DNA from: Minisyncoccota bacterium
Lineage (GTDB): Bacteria; Patescibacteriota; Minisyncoccia; 2-02-FULL-40-12; GWA2-44-9
Reading direction: 5' to 3'
Length of the DNA stretch: 28,119 nucleotides
NCBI GenBank assembly: GCA_036516715.1
Contig: DATDZX010000043.1
Coordinates: forward strand, 1-28,119
Part shown: positions 9,315 to 18,114 of the stretch, one piece after another
Layout: each line of letters opens with the position of its first letter
Numbering within the stretch: the stretch's first letter is position 1
Program-made: the position numbers and the translations under genes
The notes under the pieces: model-generated
Database searches by the model: none
What the model saw: the letters and a program-made list of their open reading frames with translations, nothing else
What the model was told of the DNA's origin: nothing

Positions 9315-9785
9315 TAACGGTTTAATCACTATTCTTCTTTGGGGTTCGTTGCCAATGCTTTCGGTGGTAATATCAGGATATGCCGCTAGCTCCATGTGGA
9401 CGATTCTCCGCTCATGGGAAGGCATAGGCACCAGGGCTTCGGCTTTTTGAGTAGTTCTGACCCTCGTCACGGCATGCTTGGCCACGTCGATAAGGTAGGT
9501 GGCTCTTGATTTACGATAGTCGTTTACATCCAGAATAACAGGTAGCGTCTGCTTTGTTTTCTTGGTGAGGATGGCTTTGACAACATGCTCAAAGGCCTGT
9601 AGATTTTGGCCATTTTTACCAATGAGGAAGCGGGCGTTCTCGGGGGCGTAGACGGACACAGCCAAAGAAGGGGTACTATCATACTCGTTTTCCTTAAGCT
9701 CAACCTGGCATTCCAGGTTCATGTAGCCGGTGATCTTTCTGACAACGCCGGTGATATCTTCTTTGTGTTCTGAAATAATATTCAT
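9312..9785 (-). CDS. jag: Jag/EloR (KhpB) RNA-binding protein, KH + R3H domains
   Basis: KH motif LIGKNGQNLQAFEH and R3H motif MPSHERRIVHMELA. The ATG at 9785 (ATGA overlap with the yidC stop) is preferred to the track's TTG at 9872. Confidence 0.9.
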   Translation of the reverse strand: MNIISEHKEDITGVVRKITGYMNLECQVELKENEYDSTPSLAVSVYAPENARFLIGKNGQNLQAFEHVVKAILTKKTKQTLPVILDVNDYRKSRATYLIDVAKHAVTRVRTTQKAEALVPMPSHERRIVHMELAAYPDITTESIGNEPQRRIVIKPL

Positions 9786-10468
9786 TTCTTCTTTTGGATA
9801 TATGTTTGTTCGCCGATGGAAAAGAGGGTTGTGGCGATCCAATACAGAATTAGGCCGGCCGGCAACTTCCATCCGATAATTATAATGAAGAGGGGGAAAA
9901 AATACAACATTTGCTTATTTAGCGCCGCCATTTCATTTCCCGCTGCTAAAGAGGTATTGGCTGCGCTTTGCTTGGCTTGTAAGAACTGAAGGACACCAGC
10001 AGCTAAAACAAGGCTAATGTTGCTCTTGGTAATATCAATTAAACCAAGAAACATTTTGTTTATCACCTCCGGATTTTTAATAAAAGAATAGAGAAGGGAA
10101 AGGCTTTCTGGATTTAGCCCAGCGATAAAGGCTTGGTAAAGAGCAATTAGGATTGGGAGTTGGATGATAAGCGGGAGGCAGCCCCCAAGAGGATTAACTT
10201 TGCTTTCTTTATATAGTTCCATTATGGCTTTATTTTGAGCCACTTTATCACTTTTGTATTTTTCCCTAATCTCCTTAATTTTAGGATTCAGCTCTTGCAG
10301 CGCCTTCTGGGACCTCTGGGTTTTTATAGACAAGGGCAGGAAAATAACTCTAATTAGGACTGTAAGGATGATTATGGCCATGCCAAAATCATGGCCGGGA
10401 ATAAAATTGTATATCGCTACAACGATATTAAATAAGGGTCGGTAGAATAGTTCTTGATAAATGGCCAT
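9782..10468 (-). CDS. yidC: Membrane protein insertase YidC/SpoIIIJ (short form without a periplasmic domain)
   Basis: FGMAIIILTVLIRVIFLPL, NPLGGCLPLIIQLPILIALY and LPAGLILYW motifs, plus conserved synteny. Confidence 0.95.
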   Translation of the reverse strand: MAIYQELFYRPLFNIVVAIYNFIPGHDFGMAIIILTVLIRVIFLPLSIKTQRSQKALQELNPKIKEIREKYKSDKVAQNKAIMELYKESKVNPLGGCLPLIIQLPILIALYQAFIAGLNPESLSLLYSFIKNPEVINKMFLGLIDITKSNISLVLAAGVLQFLQAKQSAANTSLAAGNEMAALNKQMLYFFPLFIIIIGWKLPAGLILYWIATTLFSIGEQTYIQKKK

Positions 10469-10470
10469 AT

Positions 10471-10704
10471 TTATTGAATGGGGTCATACCCGCCCTGAGA
10501 GAAAGGGTGGCACCGACACAAGCGGGCAGCAGCCTTTATGGCCCCTTTACGTGGGCCGTATTTTTCTATTGCCTCGAGGGCATACTCGGAGCAGGTCGGC
10601 TGGAATCGGCAAGGAGAGTAAATAAAAAAAGGAGGCTTAACTTGCCATAACCATTGAGATACTGACTTATACCTTTTGATAAAATTAGTAAGGATTCTTT
10701 TCAT
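10471..10704 (-). CDS. yidD: Membrane protein insertion efficiency factor YidD
   Basis: [19 protein letters not shown] and [15 protein letters not shown] motifs. Confidence 0.95.
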   Translation of the reverse strand: MKRILTNFIKRYKSVSQWLWQVKPPFFIYSPCRFQPTCSEYALEAIEKYGPRKGAIKAAARLCRCHPFSQGGYDPIQ

Positions 10705-10708
10705 GTAT

Positions 10709-11047
10709 TTATCTAATACTCTCTAGGAGACGGCGTAGTTCTTCTTTTGCCTCTTTAAGGTTTTCTTTGGCCTGACGAGACTGAACAATTACGATGATAT
10801 CTGTATTTAAAACTCCTTTTTTGAAATATTCTCTCATCGTTTCACTGAGTGTCCGTCGGATTTTGTTCCTTTGAACAGCGCTTTTTGAAATCTTGCCCGA
10901 GACAACAACTGCTCCCCTCGATTTTTCTTTGGGAGAAGGTTTGTGTCGGAGAGTAAGCATCCGCCCCCTCACTGTCCGTCCGGTTTTAAAAATGGTGTCA
11001 AAATCTTTCTTTTTTCTGACCCGGTTATCTTTTTTAAGGGCCGACAT
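10709..11047 (-). CDS. rnpA: Ribonuclease P protein component
   Basis: [11 protein letters not shown] and the RNR-like motif [11 protein letters not shown]; sits between rpmH and yidD. Confidence 0.9.
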   Translation of the reverse strand: MSALKKDNRVRKKKDFDTIFKTGRTVRGRMLTLRHKPSPKEKSRGAVVVSGKISKSAVQRNKIRRTLSETMREYFKKGVLNTDIIVIVQSRQAKENLKEAKEELRRLLESIR

Positions 11048-11184
11048 TAGACGGTTAGTTGCTTCCGCCCTTTCCTTCTCCTCCGGGACAAGACATTTCT
11101 TCCAGACTTTGAATTCATGCGGGAAAAGAAGCCGTGGGTTCTGTTCCTTTTCTTCTTTTTTGCTTTAAAAAATCCCTTCTTCAT
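11047..11184 (-). CDS. rpmH: 50S ribosomal protein L34 (45 aa; not in the ORF track)
   Basis: Hand translation: [51 protein letters not shown] and RR.KGR..LTV motifs, TAATG overlap with rnpA, divergent from dnaA. Confidence 0.95.
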   Translation of the reverse strand: MKKGFFKAKKKKRNRTHGFFSRMNSKSGRNVLSRRRRKGRKQLTV

Positions 11185-11212
11185 TGTTAGATAATGTTTA
11201 TTTTTATTATGA

Positions 11213-11241
11213 AGTATGGCATTTTACTCCGCTCGCGTCAA
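11213..11241 (-). promoter_or_regulatory. Probable sigma70 promoter of the rpmH operon
   Basis: Minus strand TTGACG-17 nt-CATACT with TG at the extended -10 position. Confidence 0.55.
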
Positions 11242-11396
11242 TTTAATGGTTGGATTAATATTCCTGATGGTATTTTTTGTTTGTCAATATTTACTCTCAG
11301 TCTTCCACCTGATATAAACACCTTGTCCACTAGACTATACTCTTCCGTTCTTGTTTGATGAGAATATAATGAGGATCGGATATCACTAACCTCTAC

Positions 11397-12767
11397 ATGA
11401 CAAACGAAGAATTATGGAAGGCGGTGTTGGGAGAGATGGAACTATCGCTTACGCGGGCAAATTTTACTACTTGGTTTAAGAATACTGCAATAATCTCTAG
11501 GGACCGAAACCAGATTGTGGTCAACGTCCCAAATGGCTTTATTAAGGAATGGCTCGAAAACAAGTTTAACCGGAAGATTTTGGATTCCATCCGCGGTCTG
11601 ACCCCTGAAATCAGGGAGGTCCGCTATACCGTCGGCAAACCTAAGCCAGAATTAATCCGCCAAGACTTCTCGTCTATCATTATGGAGAAGGAGCTGGAAA
11701 CCAAGGCAGATATTCCAGCCGATGCCGACATTGACCGAAACACCAATCTTAATAAGAGATACTCTTTTGACTCATTTATTGTTGGTTCAAGTAACGAATT
11801 GGCCCATGCCACCTGCCTTGGGGTAACTAAAGGGTTGGGCCGGACGTATAACCCTCTTTTCCTTTACGGCGGTGTAGGCCTCGGAAAGACCCACCTCCTT
11901 CAAGCGGTTGGCAATAAGGTGGCAGAGAACAAAGACCGAAAGGTAATGTATATATCTGCTGAGAAATTCACGGCTGATATTGTTGAGGCGATTAAAAACA
12001 AAACTATTGAGGATCTAAAAAACCACTACGCAAAATTAGATCTTTTAATGATTGATGACGTCCAATTCATCGCCGGCAAAGAGAAGACTCAAGATATTGT
12101 TTTCTCTACCTTTAATGAACTATACAGCAAGAACCGTCAGATTATTCTTTCCTCCGATCGACCGCCCCAAGCCATTACGGCCCTCGAAGAGCGCCTTAGA
12201 TCTCGTTTTGGTGGCGGAATGACGGCGGATATTAATTTGCCAGACTACGAAACAAGGCTGGCAATCTTAAAGCAGAAGTCTATGGAAAAGAAGTATGAAT
12301 TGGCTGATGACATTCTTTCATATATCGCCACCCATATTCAAAAAAATGTCCGCGAATTAGAGGGGGCTCTTAATAGAATTATTGCTTTCAGCCAAATATA
12401 TAACCGGGTTCCGGATTTAAAGGAATCTAAAAGCATCCTCACGAGTTATTTGGCAGCTCCATACAAGAAAACATCTCCCCAGAGTGTTTTGAAGGCGGTA
12501 GCTGATTTTTACAGCATCTCTCTTCCTGATTTGTCTAAAAGAAGTCGTAAAAAAGAGGTGGTTCGCCCGCGCCAAGTCGCTATGTTTCTCTTAAGAGAGG
12601 AGACGAAGCTCTCTTTTCCTGAAATCGGACAAAAATTGGGAGGACGAGATCATTCAACAGTTATCCATGCTTGCGAGAAAATACGAGAAGAATCATCGAT
12701 CGAAGAATCATTAAAACAAGAGTTGGTAATGATTAAAGAAAGAGTTTATAACTCTTTTGATAAGTAG
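11397..12767 (+). CDS. dnaA: Chromosomal replication initiator DnaA
   Basis: NPLFLYGGVGLGKTHL, DLLMIDDVQF, RELEGAL and the domain IV signature RQVAMFL...GGRDHSTVIHA. Confidence 0.99.
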   Translation: MTNEELWKAVLGEMELSLTRANFTTWFKNTAIISRDRNQIVVNVPNGFIKEWLENKFNRKILDSIRGLTPEIREVRYTVGKPKPELIRQDFSSIIMEKELETKADIPADADIDRNTNLNKRYSFDSFIVGSSNELAHATCLGVTKGLGRTYNPLFLYGGVGLGKTHLLQAVGNKVAENKDRKVMYISAEKFTADIVEAIKNKTIEDLKNHYAKLDLLMIDDVQFIAGKEKTQDIVFSTFNELYSKNRQIILSSDRPPQAITALEERLRSRFGGGMTADINLPDYETRLAILKQKSMEKKYELADDILSYIATHIQKNVRELEGALNRIIAFSQIYNRVPDLKESKSILTSYLAAPYKKTSPQSVLKAVADFYSISLPDLSKRSRKKEVVRPRQVAMFLLREETKLSFPEIGQKLGGRDHSTVIHACEKIREESSIEESLKQELVMIKERVYNSFDK

Positions 12768-12994
12768 TGGATAAATCGTGGAGAATATGGATAAGTGATT
12801 TTTTATCCATACACTCTCCTCTTATTATCCTTAATTTATACGAAGCTTATTAACAGAAACTTTAAAAAATAAACCTTCTAAAATTCAGATAAAACCTTCT
12901 TTAAAACAATTTTTAAAAAAGTTTTCAACAAAAATTATTCCCTTAATAGTAATAATAAAAATAAATATATTAAGTATATTATTATGAATATTAA
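12766..12994. other. Probable replication origin oriC
   Basis: dnaA-dnaN intergenic region. One-mismatch DnaA boxes at 12766-12774 (agtggataa), 12786-12794 (tatggataa) and 12803-12811 (ttatccata); weaker boxes at 12777, 12825, 12847 and 12922; very AT-rich 12943-12994. Confidence 0.8.
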
Positions 12995-14089
12995 ATGAAA
13001 CTAACAATAACTCAAAAAAATATTTATAAAGCTTTATCCCTAACCGAACGCGTTGTTACCAAAAACGCTTCTTTGCCTATTTTAAATAATGTTTTAATAA
13101 AAACAGAAAATGGGCGGCTTAAGATAGCCGCTACAAACCTAGAAATTGGAATAACCTGTTTTGTTGGGGCGAAAATTGACGAACCAGGAGAAATTACCTT
13201 ACCAGCAAAGATACTAACCGACTTTATTTCCGCCATTACTGATGAAAAAATAATACTTTCTACAAAACAAAGCACAATGTCTATTGTTTCAGATAAATAT
13301 AAAACCCAGATTTTAGGAGTTGATCCAAAAGATTTTCCAATTATTCCAAAGATAAAAACACAACCTTTTTGTAAGATAGAATCTAGCCTTTTAAAGGAAA
13401 TACTTGTTTCCGTCGCTGACTCGGTGGCCGGCTCTGAAACCAGGCCTGAACTTTCAGGGGTTTTTCTTAAATTTAAAAAGGATAAGATAATCTGTGCCTC
13501 GACTGATAGTTTTCGCCTCTCTGAAAGGGTGGGGGCGATAAAAGCATCAGAAGAGAAAAGTGTTATTTTGCCCAAGAACACCGTCTCTGAATTAATTAGA
13601 ATAACCAACGAAGTTGGTGGTTCCATGGAGGTGAGGGTGGGAGAAAATCAAATATCTTTTTCTAGCGATGATTGTGAGGTTATTTCTCGCCTTATCGACG
13701 GGGTTTACCCGGATTATCAAAAAATTATTCCAGAAAAGTCTCTTTCTCAGATTTTGGTTAAAAAAGACGAGTTGGAGAAAAATACAAGGTTAGCTGGAAT
13801 ATTTTCTTCTAGGATTTCAGATGTAAAAATAAGTAGTTCAAAAGACGTCCTGACAATTACTGCCCAAAACTCTGAAAAAGGAGAAGTGGAAGCAAAGATG
13901 CCAATCGTTCTTAAAAACGATCCATTTGAGGTATCCCTTAATTACCACTACCTCCTTGATGGACTTAAACACATCTCTTCAGAGCATGTGATCATTGAGT
14001 TTACTGGAGAGGGAAGCCCGCTAGTCATAAAACCAAGCACCCCAGAAAAATTATTCACCTATATTATTATGCCCCTAAGACAATCATAA
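12995..14089 (+). CDS. dnaN: DNA polymerase III beta sliding clamp
   Basis: LPILNNVLI, ATNLEIGI, TRPELSGV, STDSFRLS, SRLIDGVYPDYQKIIP and the terminal IIMPLR. Confidence 0.99.
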   Translation: MKLTITQKNIYKALSLTERVVTKNASLPILNNVLIKTENGRLKIAATNLEIGITCFVGAKIDEPGEITLPAKILTDFISAITDEKIILSTKQSTMSIVSDKYKTQILGVDPKDFPIIPKIKTQPFCKIESSLLKEILVSVADSVAGSETRPELSGVFLKFKKDKIICASTDSFRLSERVGAIKASEEKSVILPKNTVSELIRITNEVGGSMEVRVGENQISFSSDDCEVISRLIDGVYPDYQKIIPEKSLSQILVKKDELEKNTRLAGIFSSRISDVKISSSKDVLTITAQNSEKGEVEAKMPIVLKNDPFEVSLNYHYLLDGLKHISSEHVIIEFTGEGSPLVIKPSTPEKLFTYIIMPLRQS

Positions 14090-14376
14090 TGTTTAAAGGG
14101 TTATCAAAAATAGTTGCAAAAAAGAAGATTTTATACAAAGGTGCCGAGGCCACTAGCTTGGCGGTAGAGGATTTAGTGTATAGTTTTTTGTCTGAAAAAA
14201 GGAATCTCCAGCCCTTCATTCAAGATATACTTATTGAATATAATTTTAGAAAAAACAGCCTTGCGTTGAAAGCTAAGAAAAAGACTGTGGCCAATGAGCT
14301 TTCCTTTCTCCAGCTACCACTCCAGGGCTTCTTAAAGGCCCAAGGAGTTTCTCTTAAACAAATCCTTATAATGTAG
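14089..14376 (+). CDS. Putative DciA/DUF721-like helicase-loading protein
   Basis: TAATG overlap with dnaN. The C-terminal half (L.LKAKKKTVANEL......L..FL....V..I.I) resembles the DciA KH-like fold pattern. Confidence 0.5.
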   Translation: MFKGLSKIVAKKKILYKGAEATSLAVEDLVYSFLSEKRNLQPFIQDILIEYNFRKNSLALKAKKKTVANELSFLQLPLQGFLKAQGVSLKQILIM

Positions 14377-14379
14377 CCA

Positions 14380-16575
14380 CTAAAAGCTAGGAAGAGGTGA
14401 TTCGGAAGGCGAAGGTGACGGTTGGTTCGGGGGGGTGTAGATGTTGGCTATCGGCCACTCCCAATTTCTAAACTGAGGGTCACCTTCTGGGTTAGAGGGG
14501 AATGGGCCCTGAGGGTTGTCTTTGTCAACATAATAAAGAATAGAATGGTATTCAGTAAAGCCGTCATCTCTGACATGGCTGTAATTCCCGTCCAACATTA
14601 TTTTATTCACCACCACCGGATCGGCTTGGCGGAAAGATTCATTAGGCAAAACAGCCAAGGCTCGGGAAATGAAATAGTTCCACATTGGCCCGGAGGCGCT
14701 GACACCAGCCCCAGCGGCCGTCATTGGGCTATTGTCGTTGTTGCCATTCCAAACACCAACCACAAGATTAGGAGTATAGCCCACAACCCAACCATCTCGA
14801 TTTTCTTGAGTCGTTCCTGTTTTGGCGGCGACATCTCTCCCCGGGATGTATAAAGAGCTGGAATAACCAAATACGCCGGCCCGGGCGGCATTGTCTGAAA
14901 GAATATCATTCATCTGGCGGGCGATTTGTTCATCTAAAACCCTCTCCGATTGGTCTTCTTTCTGCTCAAGCACGGCTCCACCCGAAGACTCAACTCTTTC
15001 GACGATAACCCAAGGGTTTCTAACACCATCATTGGCGAACACACCATAAGCGGAAGCAAGGTCAATTAGCCGAACTTCTGCTCCGCCGAGAACAAGAGAC
15101 AAGCCATAGGTATTCTTAGGATCAACACTCACAATACCCATCTTTCGGGCCAGAGAGACAGTCTCTTGAATACCGGCCAAGTAGAGAGTTTTAACTGAGG
15201 GAATATTGAGAGATTGAGATAAGGCCTGGCGCAAGGTCACTGGACCTCGGAATCTACCGTCGTAGTTTCTAGGATGATAGCAGGCTTGGCCATACCGATC
15301 TCTAAGCTGGTTCCCGTCGGGAGAACATAAAGGGCTGAATTCTGTTTTTAAATCAAAAATAATTGTTGAGTCGGTGTAGCCTTTATTAAGCGCCTGGGCG
15401 TAAGCAAAAGGCTTAAAGGCTGATCCTGGTTGGCGGTTAGCCGTCGCCACGTTATAGTTGCCATCATTGGCTGAGTCAAAATAGTTACGGGAACCAACCA
15501 GGGCCAAAACCTCACCTGTCTTTGGGCTTATCGCCACCAAGGAGCTGTTCTTAGCCTTATACCTCTCGGTGTTTACTTTTGCATATTTAGCCACCGCCTC
15601 CTCGGCGAGATTCTGGAGATTGGCGTCTAAGGTGGTAATAATACGGAAGCCTCCGTTCTCTACCGCATCCCGACCATATTTCCGCTCCAAATATTCTTTA
15701 ACCATAATCACAAAATGAGGAGCTTGGAATTTTTCCTCGCTCTTCTTAAATTCTAGTTTTTGCTGGGAGGCGGCACTGAATTGGTCGTTGGTAATGTAAC
15801 TTAAGTCTTTCATCCGGGAGAGAATAAAGTTTTTGCGGCCCATGAGCTCGTCGACATGGTTGCCGTAAGGGGAGTAATAGCTGGGAGCCTTAGGCAAGGA
15901 AGCTAGAGTGGCAGCCTCGGCGATAGTCAGCTCAGAAGCACCCTTACCAAAATATGTCTTGCTGGCTGCCTCAATACCATAGGCATTTGATCCGTATGGG
16001 ATCTGGTTCAAATACATCCAAAATATTTCATCTTTAGAAAATCTTCTTTCAATCTCTACCGAAAGGACCAATTCTTTGATTTTTCTAGTAAAAGTTTTTT
16101 CATCTCCAACTAAAGCCTTTTTAATTAATTGTTGGGTGATGGTGGAGCCGCCTTGGGCTAGTTCTAGCGACCCTATGTTTTTAAAAAACGCTCTCACAAT
16201 GCCCTTAATCTCAAAACCCCGGTGGCTATAGAAATTAGAGTCTTCAGCCGCTAGGGTAGCCCTTTTTACGCTCTCAGGGATCTGTTCCCAAGGGATGACC
16301 GTCCTCTTTTCTTCTCCGTGGATGTCGTAAAGAAGAATTTGGCCAGTCCGGTCATATATTTTGGTTGATTCTTTTATTTTCCTCAAAGCGATAGATTCGG
16401 GATCGGGGAGCCGGCGTTCAAGATAAATGAAAAGAGAAAGGAATATTATGACCCCAATCACAAAAACCCAAACAAAAAGGAGGACAAGTTTTTGAATTAG
16501 GTTAAGAGCCTTCTTTTTGCTGGTGGGCAGGAGGGAAAGAAAAAAATGCTTAATGTGGCGGAGAGTTTTATCCAT
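14380..16575 (-). CDS. Class A penicillin-binding protein (PBP1A-type transglycosylase/transpeptidase)
   Basis: TG motifs AAEDSNF.SH.G, GGSTITQQLIK, RKIKE, EIFWMYLNQIPYG; TP motifs GSAFK, SLN, KTG. The ATG at 16575 is preferred to the GTG at 16596. Confidence 0.95.
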   Translation of the reverse strand: MDKTLRHIKHFFLSLLPTSKKKALNLIQKLVLLFVWVFVIGVIIFLSLFIYLERRLPDPESIALRKIKESTKIYDRTGQILLYDIHGEEKRTVIPWEQIPESVKRATLAAEDSNFYSHRGFEIKGIVRAFFKNIGSLELAQGGSTITQQLIKKALVGDEKTFTRKIKELVLSVEIERRFSKDEIFWMYLNQIPYGSNAYGIEAASKTYFGKGASELTIAEAATLASLPKAPSYYSPYGNHVDELMGRKNFILSRMKDLSYITNDQFSAASQQKLEFKKSEEKFQAPHFVIMVKEYLERKYGRDAVENGGFRIITTLDANLQNLAEEAVAKYAKVNTERYKAKNSSLVAISPKTGEVLALVGSRNYFDSANDGNYNVATANRQPGSAFKPFAYAQALNKGYTDSTIIFDLKTEFSPLCSPDGNQLRDRYGQACYHPRNYDGRFRGPVTLRQALSQSLNIPSVKTLYLAGIQETVSLARKMGIVSVDPKNTYGLSLVLGGAEVRLIDLASAYGVFANDGVRNPWVIVERVESSGGAVLEQKEDQSERVLDEQIARQMNDILSDNAARAGVFGYSSSLYIPGRDVAAKTGTTQENRDGWVVGYTPNLVVGVWNGNNDNSPMTAAGAGVSASGPMWNYFISRALAVLPNESFRQADPVVVNKIMLDGNYSHVRDDGFTEYHSILYYVDKDNPQGPFPSNPEGDPQFRNWEWPIANIYTPPNQPSPSPSESPLPSF

Positions 16576-16587
16576 ACTATCGATTGA

Positions 16588-16637
16588 TAATGCCACAAAA
16601 ACTTAATATTTACAAGAATAGAATTGCAGTCTATTAT
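16588..16637. promoter_or_regulatory. Overlapping divergent sigma70 promoters for pbp (-) and tyrS (+)
   Basis: Plus strand TTTACA(16609)-17-TATTAT(16632); minus strand TTGTAA-17-CATTAT with TG extension. Confidence 0.5.
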
Positions 16638-16646
16638 GCATTTAGG

Positions 16647-17819
16647 ATGAATATTAAAACAATCTTAGAGAGAGGGGTGGACGAGGTTATTGAGAGGGAC
16701 CACCTTGAGGGTCGCTTAGCGAAGGGAGACAAGCTCCGAGTAAAGCTAGGAATTGATCCCACCGCTAAAGATCTTCACCTTGGCCACACGGTTGTTCTAA
16801 GGAAAATGAGGCAGTTTCAAGATCTTGGCCACCAGGCCGTTTTAATCATTGGCGACTTCACGGCCAAGGTCGGAGATCCCTCTGGTAAAAACGAGTCTCG
16901 GCCCCAGCTTACCGACGAGCAAATTAAGGATAACCTAAAAGAATATTTGGATCAGGCTAGTAAGGTAATTGATATTAAAAAAACCGAGGTTAGATATAAT
17001 TCAGAATGGTTGGCCCCAGGAGGAACGCCGTTCTTGTTAGAGCTGACAAGCAAATTTACGGTCGCTCGTTCTTTGGAGCGCGATGATTTCCAGAAGCGGT
17101 TAAAAGACAATAGAGACATAAGCGTCCTGGAAATTCTTTACCCTCTTCTCCAGGGTTATGACTCCGTGGCCGTCAAGGCCGACGTTGAGCTGGGTGGAAC
17201 CGATCAAAAATTCAACCTCCTAACCGGAAGAAAAGTCCAAAGGAGATACGGCCAGGCAGAGCAGGACATCATAACCTCACCCTTGATTGAGGGTCTTGAT
17301 GGAGTAAAAAAAATGAGCAAAAGCTTGGGTAACTATATTTCTCTTTCTGATTCGGCTCAGGATATGTTTAATAAAACCATGTCTATACCCGACGCTCTCA
17401 TGGTTAAATATTTCACTCTTCTAACTGATGTCTCAGATACAGAAATAAGCCAGCTTGAAAACGACCAACTTAATCCATCTCTTGCAAGTCAGCCTCAATT
17501 AGAATGGAAAAAAAGATTAGCCAGCGAAATCGTCAGCCTTTATCACGGCCAAAATGCTGCCAAGCAGTCCCAAGCTGAATTCGAAAATGTGTTTAGTAAA
17601 GGAAAGCTGCCAGAAGAAATACCTGAACACAAAGGAGCCGGCCAATCAATTATTGATGTGATGGTCGAGAGTGGCTTGAGCGACTCAAGGACTCAAGCCA
17701 AGCAGTTGATTGATCAAGAGGCGGTAACCAGGAATGGAGAAAAAGTCGAGTGGGGGACCCTCCTTCAGCCAGGAGATGTGGTGAAGGTTGGTCCAAGAAA
17801 GTTTCTAAGGATTATATAG
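16647..17819 (+). CDS. tyrS: Tyrosine--tRNA ligase
   Basis: LGIDPT..LHLGH (HIGH), GGTDQKFN, KMSKS and a C-terminal S4-like domain. Start moved to the ATG at 16647 (MNIKTILERG) because the track's start overlaps the divergent pbp. Confidence 0.97.
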   Translation: MNIKTILERGVDEVIERDHLEGRLAKGDKLRVKLGIDPTAKDLHLGHTVVLRKMRQFQDLGHQAVLIIGDFTAKVGDPSGKNESRPQLTDEQIKDNLKEYLDQASKVIDIKKTEVRYNSEWLAPGGTPFLLELTSKFTVARSLERDDFQKRLKDNRDISVLEILYPLLQGYDSVAVKADVELGGTDQKFNLLTGRKVQRRYGQAEQDIITSPLIEGLDGVKKMSKSLGNYISLSDSAQDMFNKTMSIPDALMVKYFTLLTDVSDTEISQLENDQLNPSLASQPQLEWKKRLASEIVSLYHGQNAAKQSQAEFENVFSKGKLPEEIPEHKGAGQSIIDVMVESGLSDSRTQAKQLIDQEAVTRNGEKVEWGTLLQPGDVVKVGPRKFLRII

Positions 17820-17847
17820 AAAACACCGCCCCTGGGGCGGTGTTTTC
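17819..17847. terminator. Bidirectional intrinsic terminator
   Basis: Perfect 14-bp arms gaaaacaccgcccc-t-ggggcggtgttttc with A/T tracts on both sides, between convergent genes. Confidence 0.85.
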
Positions 17848-17849
17848 AG

Positions 17850-18026
17850 TTATTCAACTTCGTCTTCTTCTTCATCGTCATCATCTTCGTCTCCATCAGC
17901 GTCCTCCTCATCATCATCATCATCCTCATCCTCATCGTCTTTTTCATCCTCCTCCACCAAAATTTCCGTGTCAGCAATATCTTGAGAATCAAGACCCTGA
18001 GCCAAAAATGTTTCTAACTCTTCCAT
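17850..18026 (-). CDS. Hyperacidic 58-aa protein (not in the ORF track)
   Basis: Hand translation: MEELETFLAQGLDSQDIADTEILVEEDEKDDEDEDDDDDEEDADGDEDDDDEEEDEVE; 37/58 residues are D/E, using mixed GAT/GAC/GAA/GAG codons. The stop lies 2 nt before the terminator. Confidence 0.8.
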   Translation of the reverse strand: MEELETFLAQGLDSQDIADTEILVEEDEKDDEDEDDDDDEEDADGDEDDDDEEEDEVE

Positions 18027-18114
18027 GCCATAAATACAACCGCAGCCCCGATCCGTATTTCTGCGAAATCCGGCTCTTTCGCTGTCGGTTTTTGTTATAA
18101 AAATTGTTAAGCTT

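Noticed and set aside
9786-9872. N-terminal extension of Jag from the TTG at 9872
   Set aside because: It would overlap yidC by 91 nt; the ATG at 9785 gives a standard ATGA coupling.
13024-13626. 200-aa minus-strand ORF inside dnaN (likewise 14422-14853, 3174-3563, 3187-3549 and similar track entries)
   Set aside because: They lie wholly within well-supported genes, have no recognisable motifs and are consistent with shadow ORFs.
16568-16576. One-mismatch DnaA box (ttatccata) over the pbp start codon
   Set aside because: It is a single imperfect box dictated by the Met-Asp-Lys codons; such matches are expected by chance.
16584-16646. N-terminal extension of TyrS and GTG start of PBP
   Set aside because: The two extended ORFs would overlap head to head and cover both predicted promoters.
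17860-17950. (TCA/TCC/TCG)n tract read as a microsatellite or contingency locus
   Set aside because: The third positions vary while the reading stays D/E on the minus strand, which fits coding selection rather than a pure repeat.
18038-18090. Resemblance of the acidic-gene leader to a c-di-GMP-I riboswitch (gaaagag, cgggg)
   Set aside because: No GNRA-capped P2 with its receptor and no GGGCAAAC/GCAAAGC core could be placed; kept only as an unknown structured leader.
17750-18100. Plus-strand 116-aa ORF with a His/Pro-rich tract (HHHHHPHPH)
   Set aside because: It is the antisense shadow of the D/E codons of the 58-aa acidic gene, overlaps tyrS out of frame and crosses the terminator.
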